Below are positions 20,075 through 30,658 of a stretch of 64,000 nucleotides of DNA, in pieces; the stretch's first letter is position 1; every line of letters starts with the position of its first letter. Under the pieces are notes generated by a model. That model was not told where the DNA came from, searched no databases, and saw only the letters and a program-made list of their open reading frames with translations. This stretch comes from Dehalococcoidia bacterium. Lineage in GTDB: Bacteria; Chloroflexota; Dehalococcoidia; Plut-88900. A program made the translations under genes and the position numbers. The DNA lies in NCBI GenBank assembly GCA_965249275.1, contig CBDFLQ010000005.1:352001-416000 (forward strand), given 5' to 3'.

Positions 20075-23000
20075 TTGAAGGACAGCACACACGAACAAAC
20101 GCTAAACGTCGCACTGGGCGAAGTTCTCAATGAACTACGGCGAAGCTGGAATGCCCGTAGCGAACGGACGGGGAACGTGCTAGTAGAAGGTGGCCGCCCC
20201 GACATCCTAGTGGAAGAGGCGAGCGGATGGCCTATCGTCATTGAGGCTGAACGCAGCAATCATACAGAAGCAGAGGCTGACGCCAAGGCGCGGTTAGGGC
20301 TTACGGTCGCCAATACCGGAAGGCAGATAGAAACAGCGATCGCCCTTGTCTACCCCTCCGAACTTCACACGCTTGACGGTTCCGCACTGCGCAAAGAGAT
20401 AGGCCAAACCCAAGAGTTGGAATATGCACTGTACACCCGCCGAGCTGAAGAAGAACCGGAGCGTTTACCCACGCAAGGATGGATAAAGGGTGGGGTGCGG
20501 GACCTGGCGATGCTGGTACAGCGGGCGGCGGTGCCTCCACCCAGGATCGAGGCTCTGGCTACTGAACTAGAGAATGGAGTGCGGATTGCAGGGGACGAAT
20601 TTACGCGGAGGCACAAATACGGAGGTGAATTGGGAGCGCGAGCAGCTAAGGTTCTGGGTCAGGATGATGATGCCGAAGGCCAGACACGCAGAATGGTTAT
20701 GACCGTTATAGCTAATGCACTAGTTTTCCATGAGTCCCTGGCAGAGGCCGAATTCCTAATTGAAGAGAGCGAGGGAGGCCCTGAACGCGCAGTGCGACCC
20801 GTCGCCCACTTCCGTCCCGGAGGTTTGTTTGCCCACGCTGACCTTTGCTTGGAATGGGAACGCATCCTGCGCATCAACTACTGGCCCATTTTCTGGTCCG
20901 CCAAAGAGATGCTGGGCCTAATGCCCACCCACACGGCCCACGCAGTGCTAGACCGGCTCTGGCATACCGGACAGAAGCTGGTTGCGGGCGGTGTAACACG
21001 GTCTCACGATCTGACGGGGATAATCTTCCAAAGGCTCATTGCCGACCGCAAGTTTCTTGCGACCTACTATACCCGGCCTGAAGCAGCGGCGCTCCTGGCG
21101 GCTCTGGCTTTGCCCGCGGACAACCCACTGGGCGGGGCAAACTGGGGAGACGAGGAGACACTAGCCAGTGCACAAATTGGAGACTTTACCTGTGGGACGG
21201 GAACCCTGCTCTCGATGGCGTACCAGAGGATGACTTTGCTCCACGAATTGCACGGCGGTGACCCTCGCAAGCTTCACAGGCCGATGATGCGGCACGGGCT
21301 GGTAGGCCTAGACGTCCTTAACATCGGCGTTCACTTGACGGCGGCTATGCTGGCGGGAAGCCATCCCGATACTCCGTTCGATGGGGAATGCCTATTGACA
21401 ATGCCCTATGGCAAGCAAGGCGACAAAAGTGTTGCTATAGGGTCCCTGGAATTGCTGGCACCATTTGTACAATCGTCGTTTATTGACACTGCAACGGCGG
21501 TGTCGGCAGGGGGCAGGTCTCCTGAAGCTGTTCAAGACATAGTGGATCGGACAGGGAATGGGAAGTTCGATCTGGTAATTATGAACCCACCCTTTGTGCG
21601 GTCCACTGGAATGGAAGGTGAGAAGCTAGCCAAAGGCAATTCGGCATTCGCAGGCCTAAAGAATGACAAGCCCACACAAAAGAAGATGCAAAAGCGCCTA
21701 GTCTCCCTTAGGGGGAGTGCGCCACTTGGTACTGGGAACGCGGGGCTTGCAGCAGATTTCTTGGATGTTGCATTGCGCAAAGCCAGGCAAGACGGGATCA
21801 TTGCTCTGGTGCTACCGCTCAGCGCAATTAGTGGTGTGGTATGGGAGATGGCTCGCAAGACAATCTTCAAGGAATGCACGGATATCGTCACAGTAACCAT
21901 AGCAGGTGCTCGTTCTGATGAGTCCTCTTTCTCTGCCGATACAGGCATGGCCGATTGCTTATTGATTGCTCGCAAGGGTGGGGAAGACGATGAGAAAAGG
22001 GGTATTTTCGTAGTGCTGCACAAAAGCCCGAGGTCAGCAGTTGAAGCCGAATTACTTGCAGCTGAGATCGCGAGAGTTCGACAACCCGGCCGCATGGCGA
22101 CGGTGGAGCACATGGATGGTGAAAGCACAATTATCATAGGAGGGCAAGAATACGGAGTGGTTCTTGATGCTCCACTTCCTGAGTCCGGGCCGTGGCCTTT
22201 GGTGGGGATTCGGGATGCGGAGGTCGCCCATGTAGCTTGGACTCTCGAGCGAGGGGCTTTGGTGCAACTTGGGCGGCCTGGACACGAGTCTTTGAAGTTG
22301 CCAATCGTTGCCGTCGGAAAGATTGGTGGACGAGGGCCCTATCATGCAGACATCTACTGGAGTCAATCAGATGGAACTCCACGCGGCCCTTTTGAGTTGA
22401 TTAGACCGGCGGTCAACCCTGTTCCAACATATCCAATGCTATGGGCTCACGACGCCAAGAAGGAGCGAAGACTGGTTTTGAAACCTGACTCCGAGGGGCG
22501 AATAAAGCCAGCATCGGGAAAGATGACTGAGGATCGAATCACGGATAAGGCTGCACAAATTTGGGTGACAGCGACACGGGCTCATTACAATCGAGACTTG
22601 CAGTTCAATTCGCAATCTTTGATTGTGGCGATGACTAACCGGCCTTGCATCGGAGGACGGGCTTGGCCATCGGTCATCTTTCAGGACCCGGAGTATGAAT
22701 ATGCATTTGCATTGTGGTGCAACTCTACGTTGGGCTTACTGATGCACTGGTGGGCAACCAACAAGACGCAATCGGGGCGTGGGACTACTACAGTCACGGG
22801 CATCCCTAACATTCCTACGGTAGATGTGCGAACGCTGACAAAGAAGCAGTTGGGCGAGGCAAAAGACGCTTTCAATGTGATGAAAGGGTTGCGCTTCCTT
22901 CCCTTCGACCAGATAGACGGGGATCCGGCTCGTGCAGAGTTGGACCGACGCCTGCTGGTGGACGTGTTAGGTCTGCCGGAATCGCTAGTGGTTGCTGGAG

Positions 23001-23119
23001 GACCAATAGACTTGTTGAGGCGCAAGCTAGCCCGCGAGCCACAGATTCATGGGGGTAAGAAGTCGCGGGTTGTGTTTCAAGATGATGGGGAACGGTCAGA
23101 GCAACGTACGGACCGTTGA
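20075..23119 (+). CDS. Type IIG-like restriction-modification fusion (PD-(D/E)xK-like N-terminus, N6-adenine MTase, probable TRD)
   Basis: RPDILV...VIEAE; YYTRP; motif I DFTCGTGTLL; motif IV MNPPF; 1014 aa. Confidence 0.82.
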   Translation: MKDSTHEQTLNVALGEVLNELRRSWNARSERTGNVLVEGGRPDILVEEASGWPIVIEAERSNHTEAEADAKARLGLTVANTGRQIETAIALVYPSELHTLDGSALRKEIGQTQELEYALYTRRAEEEPERLPTQGWIKGGVRDLAMLVQRAAVPPPRIEALATELENGVRIAGDEFTRRHKYGGELGARAAKVLGQDDDAEGQTRRMVMTVIANALVFHESLAEAEFLIEESEGGPERAVRPVAHFRPGGLFAHADLCLEWERILRINYWPIFWSAKEMLGLMPTHTAHAVLDRLWHTGQKLVAGGVTRSHDLTGIIFQRLIADRKFLATYYTRPEAAALLAALALPADNPLGGANWGDEETLASAQIGDFTCGTGTLLSMAYQRMTLLHELHGGDPRKLHRPMMRHGLVGLDVLNIGVHLTAAMLAGSHPDTPFDGECLLTMPYGKQGDKSVAIGSLELLAPFVQSSFIDTATAVSAGGRSPEAVQDIVDRTGNGKFDLVIMNPPFVRSTGMEGEKLAKGNSAFAGLKNDKPTQKKMQKRLVSLRGSAPLGTGNAGLAADFLDVALRKARQDGIIALVLPLSAISGVVWEMARKTIFKECTDIVTVTIAGARSDESSFSADTGMADCLLIARKGGEDDEKRGIFVVLHKSPRSAVEAELLAAEIARVRQPGRMATVEHMDGESTIIIGGQEYGVVLDAPLPESGPWPLVGIRDAEVAHVAWTLERGALVQLGRPGHESLKLPIVAVGKIGGRGPYHADIYWSQSDGTPRGPFELIRPAVNPVPTYPMLWAHDAKKERRLVLKPDSEGRIKPASGKMTEDRITDKAAQIWVTATRAHYNRDLQFNSQSLIVAMTNRPCIGGRAWPSVIFQDPEYEYAFALWCNSTLGLLMHWWATNKTQSGRGTTTVTGIPNIPTVDVRTLTKKQLGEAKDAFNVMKGLRFLPFDQIDGDPARAELDRRLLVDVLGLPESLVVAGGPIDLLRRKLAREPQIHGGKKSRVVFQDDGERSEQRTDR

Positions 23120-23218
23120 GCAAGAAGGGAGAGCGGCCCCCCGCCCTCTGGATTCCTGATCGGGGTCGGGAATGACGGAGTGGAGCGGAATGCTCCATAC
23201 CCTTGGCAAGGCTAGCGG

Positions 23219-23247
23219 TTGACACGATGGTGTAGAACACATATCCT
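23219..23247 (+). promoter_or_regulatory. recA promoter with possible LexA (GAAC-N4-GTTC-type) box
   Basis: TTGACA-17nt-TATCCT; AGAACACATATCCT overlaps the -10 (two mismatches to consensus). Confidence 0.5.
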
Positions 23248-23303
23248 AACGGCAGGTCGCAAGTAATTGTCCATGGGAAAGGGCGCGTGCTATTATCGCT
23301 ACC

Positions 23304-24344
23304 ATGACGACGGAAAAGACAAAGGCCCTGGATTTGGCCCTTGGGCAGATTGAAAAGCAGTTTGGACAGGGGTCTATCATGCGGCTGGGGGACGCCCGCA
23401 GCGGCATGGAGGTCGAGGCGATACCAACGGGATCCCTGGGTCTCGACATTGCCCTCGGGATCGGGGGGGTGCCCAAGGGGCGGATCTGCGAGGTATTCGG
23501 CGCGGAGTCGGCAGGGAAGTCTACTCTCGGTCAGCACCTGATGGCCCAGTCACAGGCCTCGGGCGGCATGGCGGCCTATATCGACGCCGAGCATGCTATG
23601 GACCCGTCCTACGCCGCCAAGTGCGGCATCATTGTCGACGAGCTCCTCATCTCACAGCCCGACACCGGTGAACAGGCCCTGGAAATCGCCGAGGCCCTGA
23701 TTCGCTCTAACGCGGTGGACATTGTCGTGGTGGACTCGGTGGCGGCGCTGGTGCCGAGGGCGGAGATAGAGGGGGAGATGGGCGACACGCACGTCGGGCT
23801 GCAGGCTCGGCTGATGTCGCAGGCGCTACGAAAGCTTACCGCCGCCACGAGCCGCTCGAATTGCGCCGTGGTCTTCATCAACCAGCTTCGGGAGAAGGTC
23901 GGGGTCATGTTCGGGAGCCCGGAGGTGACGCCGGGGGGTCGGGCGCTGAAGTTCTATAGCTCGGTGCGGATAGACCTGCGGCGGATTGAGTCGATAAAGC
24001 ATCAATCGGCGATAGTCGGGAACCGGGTGCGGGCCAAGGTGGTGAAGAACAAGGTGGCGGCGCCCTTCCGGGTGGCGGAGTTCGACATCATGTTCAATGA
24101 GGGGATCAGCCGGGTAGCCGACCTGGTGGACCTGGGCGTGCTGTACGGGATACTCAAAAAAAGCGGGGCATTTTACTCGTGGGACGGGACTCGGCTGGGG
24201 CAGGGTCGGGAGAACTCGAAGGACTTTCTCAGGGAAAACAAGTCTATGGCTTTATCCCTCGAGAACCTCATCCGGGAGGCTGCGGAGTTGCCCTTGCTAC
24301 CAGTGCCGGCGTCGGTGAATGGGGCGGAGGGGGAGATGTTTTAG
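23304..24344 (+). CDS. recA: Recombinase RecA
   Basis: [41 protein letters not shown]. Confidence 0.99.
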   Translation: MTTEKTKALDLALGQIEKQFGQGSIMRLGDARSGMEVEAIPTGSLGLDIALGIGGVPKGRICEVFGAESAGKSTLGQHLMAQSQASGGMAAYIDAEHAMDPSYAAKCGIIVDELLISQPDTGEQALEIAEALIRSNAVDIVVVDSVAALVPRAEIEGEMGDTHVGLQARLMSQALRKLTAATSRSNCAVVFINQLREKVGVMFGSPEVTPGGRALKFYSSVRIDLRRIESIKHQSAIVGNRVRAKVVKNKVAAPFRVAEFDIMFNEGISRVADLVDLGVLYGILKKSGAFYSWDGTRLGQGRENSKDFLRENKSMALSLENLIREAAELPLLPVPASVNGAEGEMF

Positions 24345-24396
24345 GGGTGTCCGCGATAGGACCTTCGCGTACCTATACTGTAGGCTTTCCGGAATC

Positions 24397-24555
24397 ACCC
24401 TCACCCTAGCCCTCTCCCATCGAGGGAGAGGGGATAAGACCCTCCGCTCATACTTCGAGAGCCTCCCGCCTCGGCGGATCTATGACAGCACGAGCGGCCC
24501 CGCGCCCCCCAACACAGGCAATGCAGAGGTTACGCCTTAGTGCATCTGCGACTCG
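24397..24555. repeat. Composite REP cluster (A+B+E plus MITE end)
   Basis: Intact A-B junction GGGGATAAGACCCTCCGCTCATAC; equivalent to the empty IS481 site at 4167. Confidence 0.8.
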
Positions 24556-24570
24556 TCACGAGAGGGGGAA

Positions 24571-26142
24571 TTACCCCACTACACCCTCACGGAGGTCTCT
24601 TATGGCCTCGTGGGCGGCGTTGTGGCCGGGGGCGCCTCGGACGGTGCCTCCAGGGTGTGTGCCTGCTCCGCAGAGGTAGTAGCCGGAGACCGGGGTACGG
24701 TAGTCGCTCATGCCACGTATCGGGCGGGCATTGAAGAGCTGGGCGAGGGCGTTCTCGGTGTGGAACATGTGCCCGTGGGTCAGGTAGAGCTTCTCCTCCA
24801 GGTCCTTGGGCGACAGGAACTGATAGTCGATGATGGCATCCGGGATGTTGGGGGCGTACTGGGCCAGGGTGTCGATACAGCGTTTGCCGAAGATGTCGCG
24901 CTCCGTTTCCCAGTCGGTGTCTCGGAGGTGGTAAGGAGCGTACTGCACGAAAACCCCCATGCTGTGCTTGCCCTCCGGCACGATGGTCGAGTCAGTCGCT
25001 GAGTGGATGACGCAGTACATGTAGGGCTCTCGGGACGTCTTCCCGAACTTGGCGTCGTCCCAGGCGCGTTCGAGATAGTCTACAGAGGGGCAGATCTTGA
25101 AAGGACCGATGTGCTGGGGCCCGAGCTCCTTGCCGGGGATGGCGGTGAAGTCGGGAAGCTCGCTGAGGGCGAGGTTGATCTTGAATACGATGCCCTCGCT
25201 TCTCACCGAGGACAACCTACGGCGGAAACTCTCGTCCAGGTGGTCGGGTTCCAGGAGGCCGAGGAGGCTGCGCTTGGGGTCGGCGTTGGATAGCACTACG
25301 CGGGCATTTAAGACCTCGCCGTTCAGCAGCTCCACCCCTGATGCCTTCTCATCACGAATGATTACTCGGGCTACCTCGGCTTCCGTGCGCACCTCGGCGC
25401 CGTGGCTGCGGGCACAACGGGCCAGGGACGCGGTTATCCCGCCCATGCCTCCGGGGACGGCGCCTATGGGGATGCCAAGCTCGGGCCAGTAGTGGAGCAT
25501 CATGTAGACGCTGCCCGGGGAGTAGGGCCCGGCCGCCAGACCTACCACCCCATTCGAGCAGATGCTGGCCTTGGCTTCCTCGGTCTCGAAGCGGGCGTCC
25601 AGGAAGTCTTTCATCGGACTCACCAATATTTCCTGGAAGAAGTAGGCGTCCTCGGGGTCCGAGAACTGCCGGGCGATCTCCTCGACGCTGAGCGGGGGTC
25701 TCAGTTCGAGGGGCTTGAGCACAGCGGCGAGCCTGTCCATGCGCTTACGCAGGTCCAGGAATGCCTGACCGTCCTTTCGGGAGAACTTTGCGAACTCATC
25801 GAGAGTCTTGACGGGGTCGCTCCACCAGAGCATGTAGCGGTTATCGGGGTAGAGCTGCAGGGCCACGGGGTCGTAGGGAACCAAGGGGCCGTAGCCGAAC
25901 TTGTGGAGCTCGAGGTCGGCGGCGATCTTGGGTTTAAGTAACCCCCCGACCATAGCAGCGGTCGAGATTCGGAAGCCGGGGAAGGTCTCCTCCGTCACCG
26001 AGGCCCCACCCACGACCTCCCTTCGCTCAAGGACCGCTACTTTCAGGCCAGCCTTCGCCATGTAGTAGGCAGCGACCAGCCCGTTGTGTCCACCGCCGAT
26101 TATTACTGCATCCCAATCGGTAGCCATAGCTCGTCCCTCCAA
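24571..26142 (-). CDS. Phytoene dehydrogenase-like NAD(P)/FAD-dependent oxidoreductase
   Basis: IIGGGHNGLVAA, GGMGGIT, YLCGAGTHPGG.V.GAPGHNAA; true start is probably MATDWD. Confidence 0.9.
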   Translation of the reverse strand: MEGRAMATDWDAVIIGGGHNGLVAAYYMAKAGLKVAVLERREVVGGASVTEETFPGFRISTAAMVGGLLKPKIAADLELHKFGYGPLVPYDPVALQLYPDNRYMLWWSDPVKTLDEFAKFSRKDGQAFLDLRKRMDRLAAVLKPLELRPPLSVEEIARQFSDPEDAYFFQEILVSPMKDFLDARFETEEAKASICSNGVVGLAAGPYSPGSVYMMLHYWPELGIPIGAVPGGMGGITASLARCARSHGAEVRTEAEVARVIIRDEKASGVELLNGEVLNARVVLSNADPKRSLLGLLEPDHLDESFRRRLSSVRSEGIVFKINLALSELPDFTAIPGKELGPQHIGPFKICPSVDYLERAWDDAKFGKTSREPYMYCVIHSATDSTIVPEGKHSMGVFVQYAPYHLRDTDWETERDIFGKRCIDTLAQYAPNIPDAIIDYQFLSPKDLEEKLYLTHGHMFHTENALAQLFNARPIRGMSDYRTPVSGYYLCGAGTHPGGTVRGAPGHNAAHEAIRDLREGVVG

Positions 26143-26295
26143 AGCCCGTGCCGGGCGGATGTGGTCGGGGGTAGGTTAGGAATGGGGGGAGTCGGGTGTC
26201 AAGCGGGGTTCCTTACTTCACCTTACATTTTGCAATTGCAAAGCTGAAGCTCTAGAATGAGGTTCAAATATTTACCTATTACGTAATGCGTTACA

Positions 26296-26574
26296 ATGAT
26301 TCAAAACTTCACTGATCGAGAATCGAGAAAATTCTTCGAGGGCTTTCGATTCAGGGCCTTCCAAGACTCTGAGTATCATGCATATCACAGGTTGACGATC
26401 TTGGACAATGCAGCTTTCCTGCGAGACTTGGCAGCTTTACGCAGCAATAAACTGGAGTCACTCTCCGGCATTCGGGAGGGACAATTCAGCATATGGGTCA
26501 ATCGAAAGTGGCGAATCTGTTTCCGTTGGGGAGATGAAGGGCCCTATGCAGTGGAAATAGTGGACTACCATTGA
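26296..26574 (+). CDS. higB: HigB toxin, second copy
   Basis: SNKLESLSGIREGQFSIWVNRKWRICFRW...VEIVDYH. Confidence 0.9.
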   Translation: MIQNFTDRESRKFFEGFRFRAFQDSEYHAYHRLTILDNAAFLRDLAALRSNKLESLSGIREGQFSIWVNRKWRICFRWGDEGPYAVEIVDYH

Positions 26575-26587
26575 AGAGGTTTCTGGA

Positions 26588-26920
26588 ATGAGCATGACCA
26601 TATCGAACCGTATGCGGCCCGTGCATCCGGGCGAGATTCTCAAGGAGGAGCTACAGGAGATAGGCATGTCCGCCAACGCCTTGGCCAAGGCTCTTTGGGT
26701 TCCCGCCAACCGCATCACCTCAATACTCAATGGCAGCCGAGCTGTGACCGCCGACACCTCTCTCCGACTCTCCCGTTACCTGGGCACGAGCCCCGAATTC
26801 TGGCTGAATCTCCAGAAAACGTTCGAACTGCGCACCGCTCAAATTGCGTCGGAAATGCGCATCAACACGATGATCCAGCCACGCCAAGAAAGTCCGTTAC
26901 CTACAGCTTCCTCAGATTAG
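26588..26920 (+). CDS. higA: HigA antitoxin, second copy
   Basis: MRPVHPGEILKEE...RAVTADTSLRL...PEFWLNLQ. Confidence 0.92.
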   Translation: MSMTISNRMRPVHPGEILKEELQEIGMSANALAKALWVPANRITSILNGSRAVTADTSLRLSRYLGTSPEFWLNLQKTFELRTAQIASEMRINTMIQPRQESPLPTASSD

Positions 26921-26927
26921 CTCTCCA

Positions 26928-27566
26928 ATGCCCCAGATCACCGATATCCGAGCCCAGAAAAACCGGCGGGACCGAGTCAACGTGTTTATTGATGGGCGCT
27001 ATGCCTTCGCGCTGGACCAGATATCCATGTTCGACGCCCGACTCGAGATCGGACAGGATGTTTCGGAGGAACGTCTTGAAGAGCTAGTCGACAAGGCGGG
27101 GCTTGACTCTGCAATGTCGGTGGCGCTCCGATATCTCACCACTCGGCCCCGGAGTGAACGCGAGCTGCGTGACCGGCTCCGGCGTCGGCAGATTGGAGAG
27201 GTGGTTATAGACCGCACAGTGGAGCAGCTTAGGGCTAAGGGGCTGCTCGACGACTTCACATTCGCACAGTATTGGGTCGACCAGCGGGTAACTTTCAGGC
27301 CTCGCAGCCGGAGGATGCTGGAGATGGAACTGAGGCAGAAGGGTGTCGACGGCGAGGCCATAGAGGGCGTGACCCTGGACATGGACGATGAGGCTGAGGC
27401 CTACCGGGCCGCTCAGCGAAGGGCCCGCTCGCTGCCCGCCGATGACTTCGACGCCTTCTTCAAGAAGCTTGTCGCTCATTTGAAGCGTCGTGGGTTTGGG
27501 TATGGCACGGCTGCGAAGACTGCGAGGGGGTTGTGGGCAGAGGTGACCTCCTCGGGGGAGTGCTGA
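26928..27566 (+). CDS. recX: Regulatory protein RecX
   Basis: RVNVFIDG.YAF, RPRSERELRDRL, LLDDFTFA, ELRQKGV, LKRRGFGY. Confidence 0.92.
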   Translation: MPQITDIRAQKNRRDRVNVFIDGRYAFALDQISMFDARLEIGQDVSEERLEELVDKAGLDSAMSVALRYLTTRPRSERELRDRLRRRQIGEVVIDRTVEQLRAKGLLDDFTFAQYWVDQRVTFRPRSRRMLEMELRQKGVDGEAIEGVTLDMDDEAEAYRAAQRRARSLPADDFDAFFKKLVAHLKRRGFGYGTAAKTARGLWAEVTSSGEC

Positions 27567-27736
27567 AACGGCCTGGCCCCTTGAGGCATTCATGGTAACA
27601 GCCACTGCGCCCGGAGATAGGGATCCCGGCGCGGGGTCTCCGGATGACGATTCAATCGGCATGTCTGCGGGGGAACCCTCTCCCCCTTGGTCCCCCTCTC
27701 CCTTAGGGCCATAAAGGGAGAGGGGGAGGGATGAAC

Positions 27737-27777
27737 AGAGGCAGACGCCTGTGCGTTAGCACAGGCGTCTGCCTCTA
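27737..27777. terminator. Strong hairpin between convergent recX and LLM genes
   Basis: AGAGGCAGACGCCTGTGC-gtta-GCACAGGCGTCTGCCTCT perfect inverted repeat; no U-tract. Confidence 0.5.
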
Positions 27778-27810
27778 GTTCGGTACTTGGGCGGGGGGAC
27801 AGGAGAAGTA

Positions 27811-28944
27811 CTAGTTGAAGTGGGGAATGACTTCTGAGGCGAAGAGGTCTAGGCTGCGCATTACCTGCTTGAAGGTCAGGGCCGGGAAATTCAGGAACAG
27901 GGCGAGATGCCGGCAGCCCGTCTCTGATATCAGCTCCTCGATCTGCTCCCTTACCGTCTCAGGAGACCCAACGAGGATCAGGTCGTGCTTTAGGTTGAAG
28001 TCGAAGTAGCTGAGGTTGTAGTCGTCGTCGGTTAGCTCGTGCTCGAAGGCCATACGGGTGCGGACCTTGCGGGGGTCGTGCTTGGCCCACTCGCCGAACA
28101 TGTTGAACCCGTCACGCACGTCATTCACCGCCTCTTCGTAGGTCTCGGCGATGTAGGTGGGACGCATTACGGCCACCTTCTCGCCTGGCTGGAGGTCCTG
28201 GCCCTCGGTCTCCAAGGAGACTTCGTTGTAAATGCCCCACGCTTCCCTGATCTTCTCATACGACAGTGCCAGGCATATGTTCCCCATTCCCCTGCTTGCG
28301 GCGAACCGGTGGGAGGGTATGGAGTCGCCCATCTGCCACATGGGGGGATGGGGCTTCTGGTAGGGTTTCGGGTGTACTCCGAGGGCAATCAACTCTCCGT
28401 CGGGGGAGTGGAATCGGGTGTCGCGGGTGGAAGTCGAGGGCTCTATCCATCCCGGCTCAGGGAAGCGGTAGAACTCGCCCGAGTAGGTGAATGCATCCTC
28501 AGTCCAGGCCTTCTTGACGATGTCGAGGGACTCTGCGAAGAGGGCGTAGCTGCGGTCGTGGTCTCGGCGGTCGGCGTCGGGGTGGAACTGGATTGAAGCC
28601 CGGCTGTTCAATCCCCGGGCCACGCCGAAGTCGACGCGGCCCTTGGAAAAATGGTCCAGCAGAGCGACGTCCTCTGCGACACGGAGGGGGTGCCAGTCGG
28701 GCAGGATGACACCGCATTGGCCTATGCGAAGGGTGTCGGTGTGGGCGGCGAGGTCTTGCCCGAGCATCAGCGGGTTCGGCGAAGTCCCGAGCCAGCCATC
28801 CCATGCGAAATGGTGCTCGGCGATCCAGACCCCCGTGAAGCCGCCCTGTTCCAGCAGCCGGGCCTCGTCCCGCATCTCGTCGACCATTTTGTCCCACGGG
28901 TAGACGCTGCCGAGGTGGTAGTAAGGCGTGCTATCGAATCTCAT
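27811..28944 (-). CDS. LLM-class flavin-dependent oxidoreductase (luciferase-like monooxygenase)
   Basis: WIAEHHF, HPLRVAEDVALLDHFSKGRVDFGVARG, PKPYQKPHPP, VGSPETV; start placed at MRFDST. Confidence 0.93.
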   Translation of the reverse strand: MRFDSTPYYHLGSVYPWDKMVDEMRDEARLLEQGGFTGVWIAEHHFAWDGWLGTSPNPLMLGQDLAAHTDTLRIGQCGVILPDWHPLRVAEDVALLDHFSKGRVDFGVARGLNSRASIQFHPDADRRDHDRSYALFAESLDIVKKAWTEDAFTYSGEFYRFPEPGWIEPSTSTRDTRFHSPDGELIALGVHPKPYQKPHPPMWQMGDSIPSHRFAASRGMGNICLALSYEKIREAWGIYNEVSLETEGQDLQPGEKVAVMRPTYIAETYEEAVNDVRDGFNMFGEWAKHDPRKVRTRMAFEHELTDDDYNLSYFDFNLKHDLILVGSPETVREQIEELISETGCRHLALFLNFPALTFKQVMRSLDLFASEVIPHFN

Positions 28945-29043
28945 GGGGCCTTCCTTCGCTGCTCTCTTAGGCTCGGGACCTAGGGGTCGAATGTTACCAC
29001 CAAGGGGGGAGGGGTGGGGCAATCAGCGGGAGGGTTAAGTAGC

Positions 29044-29400
29044 CTAGTAGAAGATGGAACGGGTGGGGACTAGTCGCCATTGCACCGGGTCGGCTGCAAG
29101 GCGCAGGCCTTCAAGGGTGTAGGCCCCCAGGAGGGGTGGGGTGCCGTCTTCGCCGAATATCACCAATGAGACCTCACTGGCCCCGTCTATGGTGACCCAG
29201 ACCCGTCCCATCTCCAGCTCAACGATTCGACCGTCCGCCAGTTCGAATTCGGCTTTGCCGATTGATGCGACGCCCAACCGGCGCAACATACCGTATGGCA
29301 ACATGGTATAGGTTGCCCCGGTGTCCACCGTTGCCTCGATGTCCAGCACCTCTCCGCCGTCCATGCTGGTAATTTGTAACGGCGAGCTAAAAACTCCCAT
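29044..29400 (-). CDS. Clan AA retropepsin-like aspartyl protease
   Basis: ATVDTGATYT, LADGR, LLGAYTLEGL. Confidence 0.85.
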   Translation of the reverse strand: MGVFSSPLQITSMDGGEVLDIEATVDTGATYTMLPYGMLRRLGVASIGKAEFELADGRIVELEMGRVWVTIDGASEVSLVIFGEDGTPPLLGAYTLEGLRLAADPVQWRLVPTRSIFY

Positions 29401-29546
29401 ATTGGGAACCTCTTTCTAAGCTATGTCGCCTGGCTATGTCACCTGATGGCTGGAACTCAATCCAAACCTTACCAAAAGCTGCAGCAAGTTTGCCACACAT
29501 CTCAATCCCTGTGGTATTTTGAGCATGCCCAACGGCTCAACTGGAG

Positions 29547-30104
29547 ATGCTTGCCTTGAACATGACAAATGCCGACCAATCCTTTATCCGAAGGATGTAC
29601 ACCGCCGACAACCTACCTGTCTTGCAACGACTCCCCGACGCATCAGTCGACCTCATCTACCTGGACCCGCCCTTCAATTCCAACCGGGACTACGCTGCGC
29701 CTATAACGGTTAAGAACCCCAAGACCGGCAAGCGGGAAAAGCACCTGGCCGAGTTCAAGGACACTTGGACTTTCACTGATGACGACGCCGAGTGGTTATA
29801 TGTTATTAGGTCTGACTATCCCACCGTCTATGCAGTGATCGAGTCAGTCAAAACAGCCCACAGCTTCCGCATGGCGGGCTACTTGTGCATGATGGCTGTC
29901 CGGTTACTCGAAATGCAACGCATTCTCAAGCATAGCGGGGCGATATATCTACACTGCGATCCTACCGCATCTCACTATCTGAAACTGCTCATGGACACAG
30001 TATTCGGCCCGTCAAACTTCAAGGCTGACATTACTTGGAGGCGAACTAGCAGCCATAACGACGTAAGGCGGAATTACGGTGCATTGGGAGACAACTTATT
30101 CTTT
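29547..30104 (+). pseudogene. 5' fragment of a DNA methyltransferase-HNH gene interrupted by the IS1595 element
   Basis: VDLIYLDPPFNS, IYLHCDPTASHYLK; joins in frame to 33913 when the element and one TSD are removed (DNLFF|YTKSTNF...MPYSKEH). Confidence 0.9.
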
Positions 30105-30152
30105 GGGAATTATATACAATAAGGCATCAGGAATTGGCCTGATAAACCATAC

Positions 30153-30554
30153 CTATCGTGGACGACGGCCCAACGTCGAGGTTGTGTGACCTGTTGCCGT
30201 GTTATTTTCCGCCGACCACTCCCAATTTCGGGTCAACTCTTTCAGCCATTGGGCACCTTCGGCAGCATCAAAATCACTCGCACCGCAATCGGGCCAATTG
30301 GGGCGACCAGAATAGTTCATCTTCACTCCCTGCGCCGATGCAATGAACCAGACCGAATCAGCGTCTGTTCGCTCCTTAGAATTATCACGACCCCATTCAA
30401 CGTACATTGAAAAGGGAGACACATTTACATTCGTCGGCCAAACAAAATCGTTCGGAAGATGCTCCAACAGCGCCTCCAGCGCCTGCGTCATCTGATGCAT
30501 GCTGTCTACCACCCCGTACATGGACCCGCATCCCGAAGAACCTTCAATCGTCAT
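30153..30554 (-). CDS. Hypothetical protein (transposon cargo)
   Basis: 133-aa ORF with AAGGAG RBS upstream of ATG; no recognised motif. Confidence 0.6.
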   Translation of the reverse strand: MTIEGSSGCGSMYGVVDSMHQMTQALEALLEHLPNDFVWPTNVNVSPFSMYVEWGRDNSKERTDADSVWFIASAQGVKMNYSGRPNWPDCGASDFDAAEGAQWLKELTRNWEWSAENNTATGHTTSTLGRRPR

Positions 30555-30658
30555 AATACTCCTTGCTTACGAACATCTTAGCTATCCAACTGTCTCTTTT
30601 TCCCGCGTCTCGCCGTAGGTCTTTACTACTCTCTCGGGGTTTGAGAACGTGGGTTGGT

